Made by a program: the position numbers and the translations under genes. From IMG/VR virus record IMGVR_UViG_3300042567_001420: DNA of 64,000 nt. The stretch is one strand, 5' to 3'. The stretch is from a virus (lineage: Duplodnaviria; Caudoviricetes). Below the pieces are notes generated by a model, which ran no database searches, was not told the origin of the DNA, and saw only the letters and a list, made by a program, of their open reading frames with translations. Positions 40,105 to 48,451 of this stretch are shown piece by piece. Numbering within the stretch: the stretch's first letter is position 1; each line of letters starts with the position of its first letter.

Positions 40105-41270
40105 CTTGGTCTCGCTGCAAAATTGGCTGCACTAAATTCTTCTCTATCTACTAGCTTTGTTGGTCTGTTGTTTAATACTGCAACATGACCTTCGGGTTTA
40201 ACTTTTTTACCATCAATGCTATGATGGAATTTATAATCCGCATTTGACATTGTTTGTACTAAAACATTTTTTGCATTTTGCAAATGTTTATGTATATCCA
40301 ACGTCTTTTTAAATGAATCTTTATTGGTATCAATATGATCCAACTTTTCATTCATATCCGCAGCTTTGTTTTGTTTGGCTTTATCGGTTTTAACTTTATC
40401 AATGCCTTTTTGCAGAGAACTTTGTAGATGTTTCTTATAGCCTTCTACCGATGGCTTTGAGGTGTCTCTCACAGTTGAATTAATATAAGTCTTTAATGAT
40501 TCATCGTGACCTTCGAGATGATCGTAATTGGGTAAATCATTGTGTGCTTCAACGGCCTTGGCCATGTGAGAATGATATTCTTGTTGAGCATCTGGGGTAT
40601 AATGTGCAGTCTTAGGATCAAATTTGGTATCAATTACATGAACATCTGGATGTGAATTAAATTTAGAAGTGTCAGTATTATATTCTGCCTTCATGTTCTC
40701 AAGTGTATCTCCGCGATATGCTGTGTGAACTGCTACACCAAATTTTGCATCTTTGATCTTTTGGCCTTCTTCACTGCCCTTTTTAGCAGAGTATGTAATT
40801 GTGTTAGGCTTAAAATGATAGGATCCGCCAGAATCGGATACATCTTTATCCGACTTATTATACATTACGTCACCTTGAAACACCCCTTCGTTAGGTGTTA
40901 CTTTAGGCAAGTGGTATAGCGCTGCTTTTAATTTGGCAACAAGTCCAGGTGAATGACCGTGGTTCTTTTCAATATCAGATTCTGTAAAATTTAATTTGGG
41001 ATTCTTGTTGAATGCAGATTTAGATGCAACAAAGAATCTAGGAAACTCCGGGTGAGTGCCAAACACAATACTAGGCGAGCCATCATACTTTGTGGATAAA
41101 GATACCTTTGATCTTTTGCCTAACAAAGCATTGTGTGTTTCGTTTAAAGTATTGAATACGTGCTTAAAGCCTTCTTCCCCTGCATTAATAGGGTGATCTT
41201 CTGCGTGTTCGAGGTGTGTTAACTTTTCCTCGTTCGCAGACTCAACTAAGTATGTGCTAAATGATAACAT
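40101..41270 (-). CDS. DUF6267-like protein with RNA-ligase-like motifs
   Basis: MLSFSTYLVE; HLEHAED; KYDG, FQGD, EGHV, KLVDR in the order of ligase motifs I, III, IV, V. Confidence 0.65.
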   Translation of the reverse strand: MLSFSTYLVESANEEKLTHLEHAEDHPINAGEEGFKHVFNTLNETHNALLGKRSKVSLSTKYDGSPSIVFGTHPEFPRFFVASKSAFNKNPKLNFTESDIEKNHGHSPGLVAKLKAALYHLPKVTPNEGVFQGDVMYNKSDKDVSDSGGSYHFKPNTITYSAKKGSEEGQKIKDAKFGVAVHTAYRGDTLENMKAEYNTDTSKFNSHPDVHVIDTKFDPKTAHYTPDAQQEYHSHMAKAVEAHNDLPNYDHLEGHDESLKTYINSTVRDTSKPSVEGYKKHLQSSLQKGIDKVKTDKAKQNKAADMNEKLDHIDTNKDSFKKTLDIHKHLQNAKNVLVQTMSNADYKFHHSIDGKKVKPEGHVAVLNNRPTKLVDREEFSAANFAARPR

Positions 41271-42670
41271 TAGAAACCACTCGCAGGTGTAAAATTATAC
41301 ATTTGGCTCGAATATGCCCCATGCGAATTTGGTTTTGTTGCTATTCGAACTAGCATCGTAGGCTTACCGTCTTTTTCAACCCTATGTATGGACACGGCTG
41401 ATCCAGATCGATGTATTACAAATCTTGTATCTTTATGTTTTAATATAGCACCCAGTGGCGACTCACTGCCATGTTTAACTACTGCATGGATTTTCTTAAG
41501 GTCTTTTCCGTGTCCGGTTGCTTTGATCCAAGTCATACCTTTATCTGATACTAAATTATTATGCAACCATTGTCCTATATGTTGATGGCCCTTTGCCCCC
41601 TTTGACATAAGGTGTTCTAATTGTTTTTGTAATTCACGCGCAGTTTCCTCATTATTTTCTTTAAAATCTACATTCATTTTTTTGCCAAGTGCATTAACTA
41701 CCGGTTTGCCTGTTTTAGGATCCGGATCGGTAACTCTAGCGTGTATAGAATCACCTGTTTTAGATCTAGCTGGCAAATGATCCATTTTAAATTTTTTAAG
41801 TATTTTTTCTTTACCTGCTTTGGCAATTTCGTTTGCTTCAGATTTTCGTGTTGCCGGCCCACCTGATAAAAATTCATCTTGTCCGGCAACTCCGGGATTT
41901 TTTGCTGTAATATTACCAGAAGTTTTACCGGTAGACTTTGCGGACACTCCTAAATAAGACTGTTCTACGTCTGAATGTGTTAACTCTAAAGTTACATCTG
42001 ATGGATTTTCTTGACCATCGGTATGAACGCCTTTTGTAAATCTACCAATATCCCCATCTTTGGATGTTCTACCCACACGAGTTATTGTTGCTCCAGGATG
42101 ATGTTCTTCCACATGCTTAATTACGGCAGCTGCCATTGCTTTACCGTGAGCTGCTCTTATTGCTACTTGATTTTGATCTTGGCCTTTAGTAATTTTATTT
42201 AATTCATCATCATGCTGTTTTAATTCTGTTTTATGTTCTTTCGAACCAAATGTTCCTGTTTGGGAATGTCTATGATTTACTAATTCTTTATATAAATGAA
42301 TCTCAGCAATTTTTCCTGCAGGATCATTATCTAGTTTAGTTGGAGGTTCTCCGCTACTAGGAGTCACCGTCTGCATTTTTTCTTGAATGAATTCTACAGA
42401 TTCATTCAGCTTATCTTGTTGAACTTCTTTTCCTGCATGCATTAATTCTTCTTTACTTAAATTAGAAGTATGCGGAAAGGCAACAATCTTTGTGATTGCG
42501 TCTAAACTTTTATTGTGAAATATTGCGGTTTTGTGTTCCCCGTTTCGAAAAATATGAACGTCTACATCATGTCCATCATCTGTGGAATAACTATGATACG
42601 GGGTTAGATTTGAGAAATCATGAGATTCGATAAGCGCACTATACGCCTTGAATGTGATTAATTCTTGCAT
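41270..42670 (-). CDS. Hypothetical protein, possible PD-(D/E)xK-like nuclease fold
   Basis: LITFKAYSALIES N-terminus; NPSDV...GVSAK. Confidence 0.45.
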   Translation of the reverse strand: MQELITFKAYSALIESHDFSNLTPYHSYSTDDGHDVDVHIFRNGEHKTAIFHNKSLDAITKIVAFPHTSNLSKEELMHAGKEVQQDKLNESVEFIQEKMQTVTPSSGEPPTKLDNDPAGKIAEIHLYKELVNHRHSQTGTFGSKEHKTELKQHDDELNKITKGQDQNQVAIRAAHGKAMAAAVIKHVEEHHPGATITRVGRTSKDGDIGRFTKGVHTDGQENPSDVTLELTHSDVEQSYLGVSAKSTGKTSGNITAKNPGVAGQDEFLSGGPATRKSEANEIAKAGKEKILKKFKMDHLPARSKTGDSIHARVTDPDPKTGKPVVNALGKKMNVDFKENNEETARELQKQLEHLMSKGAKGHQHIGQWLHNNLVSDKGMTWIKATGHGKDLKKIHAVVKHGSESPLGAILKHKDTRFVIHRSGSAVSIHRVEKDGKPTMLVRIATKPNSHGAYSSQMYNFTPASGF

Positions 42671-42699
42671 TTTGAGTCCATTGAAACGAATTATACTTA

Positions 42700-42707
42700 T
42701 ATTTATA
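42700..42707 (-). promoter_or_regulatory. T4-type late promoter TATAAATA
   Basis: Exact consensus at the head of the 42670-to-38974 gene run. Confidence 0.7.
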
Positions 42708-42733
42708 TAAATTAAAGTTGCGGAACTCGTAGG

Positions 42734-42757
42734 AAACCGGCGATTACTGCCGGCTTT
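42734..42757 (-). terminator. Probable intrinsic terminator
   Basis: AAAGCCGGC-AGTAATC-GCCGGTTT hairpin just after the stop of 42765-43325. Confidence 0.5.
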
Positions 42758-42764
42758 AGTATAA

Positions 42765-43325
42765 TTAGATGTTAGTATTCCATGCTTTAATTACAGGATG
42801 CAGTACATCATCAGTATAATCCATCTTCATTGTGTTAACAATCGCCAGAATAATCTGAATATTGCCTTTGACATAACCCTTTTTAGAGTTAATACGATCT
42901 ACGCTAGGACGGAATGGGTTTCGATTGCCCTTTGTGCCCAGTTCCATACTAAAAGGAAGTTTGGTGATAGCACATTTACCTTCGCATGCGTCGAACTTGC
43001 TCTGAATATATTGCGGAGTAAGATTAAACGACATCTTACGACCTTTTTTCTCATGAGCAGCAACTCTATTCTTAAGAGCAACGTATTCAGTAATACCGAA
43101 TTTTTCAGGCGATGCTTTCTTTGCTCTATTCGCAATACGAGTTTTGACTCTAATTGCTGCTTTTTGCTCAGGAGTCAAGCTCTCTTTTTTCTTTTGATAA
43201 TCCCATTTACCAAATGCTGTAGCAATGGCATCCTCATCTGCAGTAAGTGGTCTGGCATCTAAACGTCTGATCTGATGTAGACGTTTTGCTTCTTTGCGAA
43301 CTTTGGGATCTTCAAAATTATACAT
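42765..43325 (-). CDS. His-Me-finger (HNH-like) endonuclease-like protein
   Basis: CAITKLPF...SVDRINSKKGYVKGNIQII; start placed at the ATG overlapping the upstream stop. Confidence 0.65.
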   Translation of the reverse strand: MYNFEDPKVRKEAKRLHQIRRLDARPLTADEDAIATAFGKWDYQKKKESLTPEQKAAIRVKTRIANRAKKASPEKFGITEYVALKNRVAAHEKKGRKMSFNLTPQYIQSKFDACEGKCAITKLPFSMELGTKGNRNPFRPSVDRINSKKGYVKGNIQIILAIVNTMKMDYTDDVLHPVIKAWNTNI

Positions 43326-43608
43326 AACCATCCACATTACTTGCGTGATTAGGTTGATTGGAATTGCCGTAATCTACTTTATGAATTAGTTTTTCTGCAA
43401 TATGTCCGTTCATGCTGTCTTTTGCAATTTGATAAAATTCTTTAGTAGTAATTTCTCGGGTTGATACAATGGTCTCGCCTAAACATTTTTGGTCTAGTTC
43501 TTGAGCTTCTTGCATAACTACTGTGTCTTCAGCGTGTTCTGCTGACTCACACTCAATAGCATAGTAATGACGAAATGTAGTAATAGTTTCAACGATGAAT
43601 AGTGGCAT
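43318..43608 (-). CDS. Hypothetical protein
   Basis: 96-aa ORF in a co-oriented run. Confidence 0.65.
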   Translation of the reverse strand: MPLFIVETITTFRHYYAIECESAEHAEDTVVMQEAQELDQKCLGETIVSTREITTKEFYQIAKDSMNGHIAEKLIHKVDYGNSNQPNHASNVDGYV

Positions 43609-43697
43609 GATATACTTTAAAATTTATTCCGCTTACGCCATGCGGAAACACTTTATCGAATGTGGCTCGAATGGTAGAAGTGTTCGACTCGAGTTAA

Positions 43698-43949
43698 TTA
43701 AGCACGAGTGAAAGCATCGCTACCCATAGTAGCATAAGCTGCTGCTACCATTGTGCGGGATGGGGTACCCAAGCGATATGCTGTTTTACCATTCTTAGTA
43801 GAATTGGTATAGATTGCGTGACCTTCAGAACGAAGCTCACTGATACGAGGACGAACGCTGCCCTCAGTTGTGCCAGTCAAACCTGCCAATTGGGCGGGTG
43901 TGAATTGACGACCAGACAAAAGAACTTTCAATACACGGTCTTTAACCAT
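43698..43949 (-). CDS. Small winged-helix DNA-binding protein
   Basis: FTPAQLAGL...SVRPRISELRSEGHAI HTH pattern; SD GGAG; sigma70 promoter upstream. Confidence 0.7.
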   Translation of the reverse strand: MVKDRVLKVLLSGRQFTPAQLAGLTGTTEGSVRPRISELRSEGHAIYTNSTKNGKTAYRLGTPSRTMVAAAYATMGSDAFTRA

Positions 43950-44023
43950 ATAATATCTCCATTAAATAAACAGTCGCTTCAAAATATATCAGTAACGGCG
44001 ACTTTTCATTACTGTATATAACT

Positions 44024-44052
44024 ATTATACAGCATTTAGCTGTATCTGTCAA
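44024..44052 (-). promoter_or_regulatory. sigma70-type early promoter
   Basis: TTGACA-N17-TATAAT, perfect consensus. Confidence 0.85.
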
Positions 44053-44060
44053 GCACTTAG

Positions 44061-44282
44061 TTAGCCTTTTTGTGGCTTCTTGACCTTGTTCAAATATTCT
44101 CTACCAATAAAACCCTGCTCAACTTCATTCAAAGCAGTTACAATTGGCTTATGATGTTTTGCATCAATTTTTGGTGCATATCCTTTGCGCAATTCTCTGG
44201 CGCGAGCTGATGCAATTAGCACCAGATCATACCGATTACCTACCATGTTAACTGCATCTTCTGATGTGATTTGATTTGACAT
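44061..44282 (-). CDS. rpoZ: RNA polymerase omega subunit homolog
   Basis: ITSED...NRYDLVLIASARAREL..G..PKI...KPIVTALNEVEQG matches the RpoZ pattern. Confidence 0.85.
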   Translation of the reverse strand: MSNQITSEDAVNMVGNRYDLVLIASARARELRKGYAPKIDAKHHKPIVTALNEVEQGFIGREYLNKVKKPQKG

Positions 44283-44752
44283 TATGCTACCTTTACGATT
44301 TCTTTTAAACGATCTGCACAGTATGTTGCCGCGAATGCTTTTGGTTTAACAAAAGGAACCACATTACACATACCCTTAATATACCCAATGGCTTCACCTA
44401 CAACGCAAGAAGAGCCAAACATTTCATCTGGGTTAATATCTAAATGAACTTCAATTGGTCTATCATCAATTAGTTTTTCCAATTCAAGATATAAATTTGC
44501 AATTTTGATTACTTCATTCATCAAACGCATACGAGGTTTGTTTTTACGTTGGTCATAATCTTTTTCGGTTTGAACTTCTCCAAAAATTTTACAACCATGT
44601 TTACCATCAATATGAACTACAATTGCCAAAGTATAATCGGCAAACCACATATCATTTTTACGGAAACGTTCTGAATCGCAACCAATATAAATTTTTGTAT
44701 CTGGACCTTGAGCATCAATATACTCTTTAATTTTTACGAAATCGAATTTCAT
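44282..44752 (-). CDS. RNase H-like YkuK (DUF458) family protein
   Basis: KIYIGCDSE, RLMNEV, EVHLDIN, KPKAFAATYCAD. Confidence 0.75.
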   Translation of the reverse strand: MKFDFVKIKEYIDAQGPDTKIYIGCDSERFRKNDMWFADYTLAIVVHIDGKHGCKIFGEVQTEKDYDQRKNKPRMRLMNEVIKIANLYLELEKLIDDRPIEVHLDINPDEMFGSSCVVGEAIGYIKGMCNVVPFVKPKAFAATYCADRLKEIVKVA

Positions 44753-44761
44753 TTTTATTCC

Positions 44762-44835
44762 TGGAGCGGGGTAGGAGAATCGAACTCCTCGCTTTAGCTT
44801 GGAAGGCTAAGGTATTACCACTATACGAACCCCGC
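44762..44835 (-). tRNA. tRNA-Gly(TCC)
   Basis: Cloverleaf, TTAGC-CT-TCC-AA-GCTAA, encoded CCA. Confidence 0.95.
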
Positions 44836-44837
44836 AT

Positions 44838-45617
44838 TTACAATATTACTTCATTTGTTTTGCGCATATCTGCACAAGTATACTCCTGATAACTTGCCTT
44901 TAAAATTTCTGGCATCGGAATAATTTCAATCTCCGCATGATATTCTTCTGCAACCATATCCGCAACATCATAAAAACTCATAGTTTTACCTGTGCCCATA
45001 TTAAAGATTCCAGATCTACTTGATTCTAAAAACTTTAAATGATAATCCACAATAGATTTCACATGAACAAAATCTCTACGATAATTTTCACTATTCTCAA
45101 ATAATTTAATCTTACCTGTTTCTATGGCTTGTTTCTTAAACTGAGCAAATGGGCTTGCCTGATTGCCTTTATGTTCTTCACCTTCCCAAGCCCATACATT
45201 AAAATATCTAAATCCTTGCACAATGGGACTATCATGATGATGTTGTTTTACATATCTTTCAAACAAATACTTTGACCAAGCATAAGGCGTTCTTGGATCC
45301 AACGGAGAATTTTCGCAAAACTCTTTATTCAATCCATACACACTTGCAGAACTAGAATACTGTAAATTAACTCCGAATGTTTTACACTCATCGTATAAAT
45401 CCATGGAGAATTCGTAATTTTGTCTTAGTACTTTATCAATATCTTTTTCGGTTGTTGAACTAATAGCACCAGCATGAATAACCCATTCAAAATCCATAAC
45501 ACCTGGTCTCGGACCATCATCATATTCATACGTTGCAACATCATCACCTCGATCGCGCAAGGCCGTCAATAGTCTAGAACCAATAAATCCTCTATGACCT
45601 GTTAGCAATATTTTCAT
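44838..45617 (-). CDS. hldD: ADP-L-glycero-D-manno-heptose 6-epimerase-like NAD-dependent epimerase
   Basis: GHRGFIGS, HAGAISSTTE, YSSSASVYG, YAWSK, FRYFNV, RRDFVHV. Confidence 0.85.
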   Translation of the reverse strand: MKILLTGHRGFIGSRLLTALRDRGDDVATYEYDDGPRPGVMDFEWVIHAGAISSTTEKDIDKVLRQNYEFSMDLYDECKTFGVNLQYSSSASVYGLNKEFCENSPLDPRTPYAWSKYLFERYVKQHHHDSPIVQGFRYFNVWAWEGEEHKGNQASPFAQFKKQAIETGKIKLFENSENYRRDFVHVKSIVDYHLKFLESSRSGIFNMGTGKTMSFYDVADMVAEEYHAEIEIIPMPEILKASYQEYTCADMRKTNEVIL

Positions 45618-45906
45618 TGTAATATACCTCGCTGTTTACCGCTTTATCATCGATCCAAATATCGTATGCGGGTTTACCTAATTTTAATGTTGTATACTTA
45701 ACTTGCCAGTTGGCAAATTGTTGTCTTGTAAGAGTTGTCCAATCAATACCAGAGTTACCACCTCTTGCTGTCCAATAATGAATCTCATTTCCCGCATCAA
45801 ACAGTTTATTAAAATGTGCAATTCGATCCGCAAAAGGTTGAGCACTATGATAATCACCTACAGTATTACTACAAATTGTGCCATCAATATCTACAAGGTA
45901 TTTCAT
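45592..45906 (-). CDS. HAD-superfamily phosphatase
   Basis: VDIDGTIC motif I, WTARG, GKP..D.WIDDKA. Confidence 0.8.
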   Translation of the reverse strand: MKYLVDIDGTICSNTVGDYHSAQPFADRIAHFNKLFDAGNEIHYWTARGGNSGIDWTTLTRQQFANWQVKYTTLKLGKPAYDIWIDDKAVNSEVYYNENIANRS

Positions 45907-46259
45907 GTCTGACTATCTCCAGGTGCAACTCTATAATTATCTTCTACCGAATCAGGTGTACTAACTTCAATGATAGTACCTTCTTCCTGACAAACCAATT
46001 GATGCGGTAAACATGGAGGATTGTGCCAAGTATCGCCCGATTTAAGATACTTAATTTGTTCTTTGGCTGTTTTGGTATCAATCCATTTGACAAAGAATAA
46101 CCCGTCAAGTACATACCATGATTCATCTTTTTCAGAATGAAAGTGCATACTAAATTTTGCACCAGAGTTGAACTTCATCAACTTGCCGCAATATTTATCG
46201 TTAGTAGCCCAGATTAATTCGTGACCCCAACCTTTTTTAACAAAACCCTCAAGCCTCAT
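45903..46259 (-). CDS. Cupin-domain protein (sugar-isomerase-like)
   Basis: KGWGHE, SMHFHSEKDESW, PCLPHQL, EVSTPD. Confidence 0.8.
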   Translation of the reverse strand: MRLEGFVKKGWGHELIWATNDKYCGKLMKFNSGAKFSMHFHSEKDESWYVLDGLFFVKWIDTKTAKEQIKYLKSGDTWHNPPCLPHQLVCQEEGTIIEVSTPDSVEDNYRVAPGDSQT

Positions 46260-47035
46260 TTTATTTCCTTTAGTGTAGGTGCATAATTGCCAACATGCTG
46301 TACTGTAATTGACGATGCTTTATTTGCAAATCTGATTGCATCTTCAATACTATTCGTCACCAGATATTGATAAGCTAAGGCGGCTAAGAATGTATCACCT
46401 GCCCCACACGCATCAAGAACATCAACTTTTTTGGTTGCGTAATTTGTGTTGACATACTCACTCCGTAACATTGCACCATTGGCACCCAACGTCACAATCA
46501 TATCCCATGCATACGACTCAGCCGCTTCAAATTCTTTTTCGTTGATTTTAACGTAAGCACCATTAAACGCTTCTAAGTTTCTTTTCTTCGTATCGATAAA
46601 AACTGGCCCATTAAAATTGTGAATCAGATTTTGAATGTGTTCGTAAGTTAAAAAGCCTTTATTGTAATCAGACACAACAACAGCATCATAACCTTCCGTA
46701 TCTACAATTCCATCCCATGGCTCTATCTTTGGCTCATCATCTATTCTAACAATTTGATATCCAGATTTTTCGTCTATGATTCTAGTCTTTGTGATCCTAG
46801 GTTCACCATTAATGCCAGCAGACGGATTTGAAATTATGGTTGTGTTACACCCAAGTTTATGCAGATTGCTATGGACATTTCGTGCCATACCAAGTCTGGT
46901 TTCTTTTCGTGTTAGTTTGATTATGGGAATTGGGGCTTCTGGACTCAATCTATCGATTGTTCCATATTGATAAACATCTATGCAAGAATCACCGAGCAAT
47001 AATATTTTGAATTGTTTTTGTTGTTGAATATCCAT
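46256..47035 (-). CDS. Heptose kinase (RfaE domain I/HldA-like, PfkB family)
   Basis: DVYQYG...LSPEAPIP, VSDYNKG, VTLGANG, DACGAGDTF. Confidence 0.85.
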   Translation of the reverse strand: MDIQQQKQFKILLLGDSCIDVYQYGTIDRLSPEAPIPIIKLTRKETRLGMARNVHSNLHKLGCNTTIISNPSAGINGEPRITKTRIIDEKSGYQIVRIDDEPKIEPWDGIVDTEGYDAVVVSDYNKGFLTYEHIQNLIHNFNGPVFIDTKKRNLEAFNGAYVKINEKEFEAAESYAWDMIVTLGANGAMLRSEYVNTNYATKKVDVLDACGAGDTFLAALAYQYLVTNSIEDAIRFANKASSITVQHVGNYAPTLKEIK

Positions 47036-47384
47036 TTACCAAATCCACAAATCTAATCTCTTTACAATATTGACTTCCCACAATAGGCTTATCTTTATAA
47101 TCACTACCCTTAACCATTATAGGGGAATACTGTTTACAAAGCATTTCTAATTCTTTAGCTGAATCAAATATATGAACAGCACTAACTGCTCTTAAATTTT
47201 GTAACAGATGTTTTCTATCATCTTGATTATTAATAGGTCTACTATTGCCTTTTAATTCTTTAACTCGTCTATCCGAATCAATACAGACTATAAGTTGTTG
47301 ACCACAACCTCTGGCATAATTAAGTAATTCGATATGTCCTCTATGGACAATATCAAAGGTGCCGTTGACAAGAATATTAATCAT
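46989..47384 (-). CDS. Heptose-phosphate nucleotidyltransferase (RfaE domain II/HldC-like)
   Basis: NGTFDIVHRGH, SDRRVKELKG..RPIN, VKGSDY, GYSTT. Confidence 0.85.
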   Translation of the reverse strand: MINILVNGTFDIVHRGHIELLNYARGCGQQLIVCIDSDRRVKELKGNSRPINNQDDRKHLLQNLRAVSAVHIFDSAKELEMLCKQYSPIMVKGSDYKDKPIVGSQYCKEIRFVDLVNGYSTTKTIQNIIAR

Positions 47385-47390
47385 ATAAAA

Positions 47391-47467
<77 letters not shown>

Positions 47468-47484
47468 GTTGTTTCTATTAAAAA

Positions 47485-47569
47485 TGGTACCTGAGACCGG
47501 AATCGAACCGGTACACCTTGCGGCGAGAGATTTTAAGTCTCTTGTGTCTACCTATTTCACCACTCAGGC
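47485..47569 (-). tRNA. tRNA-Leu(TAA)
   Basis: Long variable arm, AGAGA-CT-TAA-AA-TCTCT. Confidence 0.95.
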
Positions 47570-47575
47570 GTTTGG

Positions 47576-47872
47576 TTATCCTCGGTAGTCTACATCTATT
47601 TCCGACCAAGTACGCAGCTTATCGAATTTTCTTTGTTTAAACTGAATTACATTATTATAAGAAATAACTTTGTGCGAATCTAACAATTCAATCATTGCGA
47701 GAACATCGCCCAATTCTTCTTCAAGATGGTTTGTATTTGTTTTGCTTGGGGTATTTGGATGTGTATCAAACAATCCGAATCGAAATACTTTCGATGTTGC
47801 TTGAATTACTTCTGCGCATTCTTCTTGTAAAATCTGAAGAATGGCTGCTTGATCTTTGTTAAGTTCATTCAT
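47576..47872 (-). CDS. MazG-like all-alpha NTP pyrophosphohydrolase
   Basis: LQEECAEVIQ...LEEELGDVLAMI (EExxE...EExxD). Confidence 0.75.
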   Translation of the reverse strand: MNELNKDQAAILQILQEECAEVIQATSKVFRFGLFDTHPNTPSKTNTNHLEEELGDVLAMIELLDSHKVISYNNVIQFKQRKFDKLRTWSEIDVDYRG

Positions 47873-47891
47873 ATTGTCACCTTAAAAATAT

Positions 47892-47920
47892 ATTATAACA
47901 GAATACGTGTTATATGTCAA
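47892..47920 (-). promoter_or_regulatory. sigma70-type early promoter
   Basis: TTGACA-N17-TATAAT. Confidence 0.85.
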
Positions 47921-48348
47921 GCATATTCGTAATTTACGGTATCCAAATTCTTTCTAAATTCTGTCGCACCGTTTTTCAAATGGAATCGTTTGGCCATTTC
48001 AGTAGGTGGGCTTAGTGTAACAAATCTTTTTATACTTGGACGAGTACTTGTTATATGGTCTCTGGCTTTAAAGATAAGTTCGCGACCTGCACCCGGAGTA
48101 TAACTCCATATGGTGTAGAATATAACGGTATCTGGTTCAGCGGGTTTGAAGAAAAGTTCCTCGCAGGTTGTCGGGATGCTGTCCATATAGGCAACACATA
48201 CTACTGCTTGCGGTTTTTCATCTTTGAGGAGTATGAGAACTTCCCTATTTTCGGTGATTCGAAAAGCGACGGGAATCTCAGGGCGGACAGGGTCGTCTTC
48301 GATTACTCGAAGAATCGGATCATCTAAATTTTGTGGTTTATATATCAT
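47917..48348 (-). CDS. Hypothetical protein, weak GNAT-like pattern
   Basis: FYTIWSY..GAGRELI...MAKRFHLKNGA; late promoter upstream. Confidence 0.55.
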   Translation of the reverse strand: MIYKPQNLDDPILRVIEDDPVRPEIPVAFRITENREVLILLKDEKPQAVVCVAYMDSIPTTCEELFFKPAEPDTVIFYTIWSYTPGAGRELIFKARDHITSTRPSIKRFVTLSPPTEMAKRFHLKNGATEFRKNLDTVNYEYA

Positions 48349-48370
48349 AACTAAGTCCCGGTGTCAATTA

Positions 48371-48378
48371 TATTTATA
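48371..48378 (-). promoter_or_regulatory. T4-type late promoter TATAAATA
   Basis: Exact consensus upstream of 47917-48348. Confidence 0.65.
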
Positions 48379-48451
48379 CCGGCCATATAGGGTTATTTAA
48401 CTTTTTCAAACTTTATTTTTGCCGATAAATATAAAAACTATTTTATCTATT

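Noticed and set aside
43621-43697. Hairpin TTCCGC/GCGGAA and TCGAA repeats after the HTH gene
   Set aside because: Short stem and weak U-tract; at most a weak terminator, not enough support for an ncRNA.
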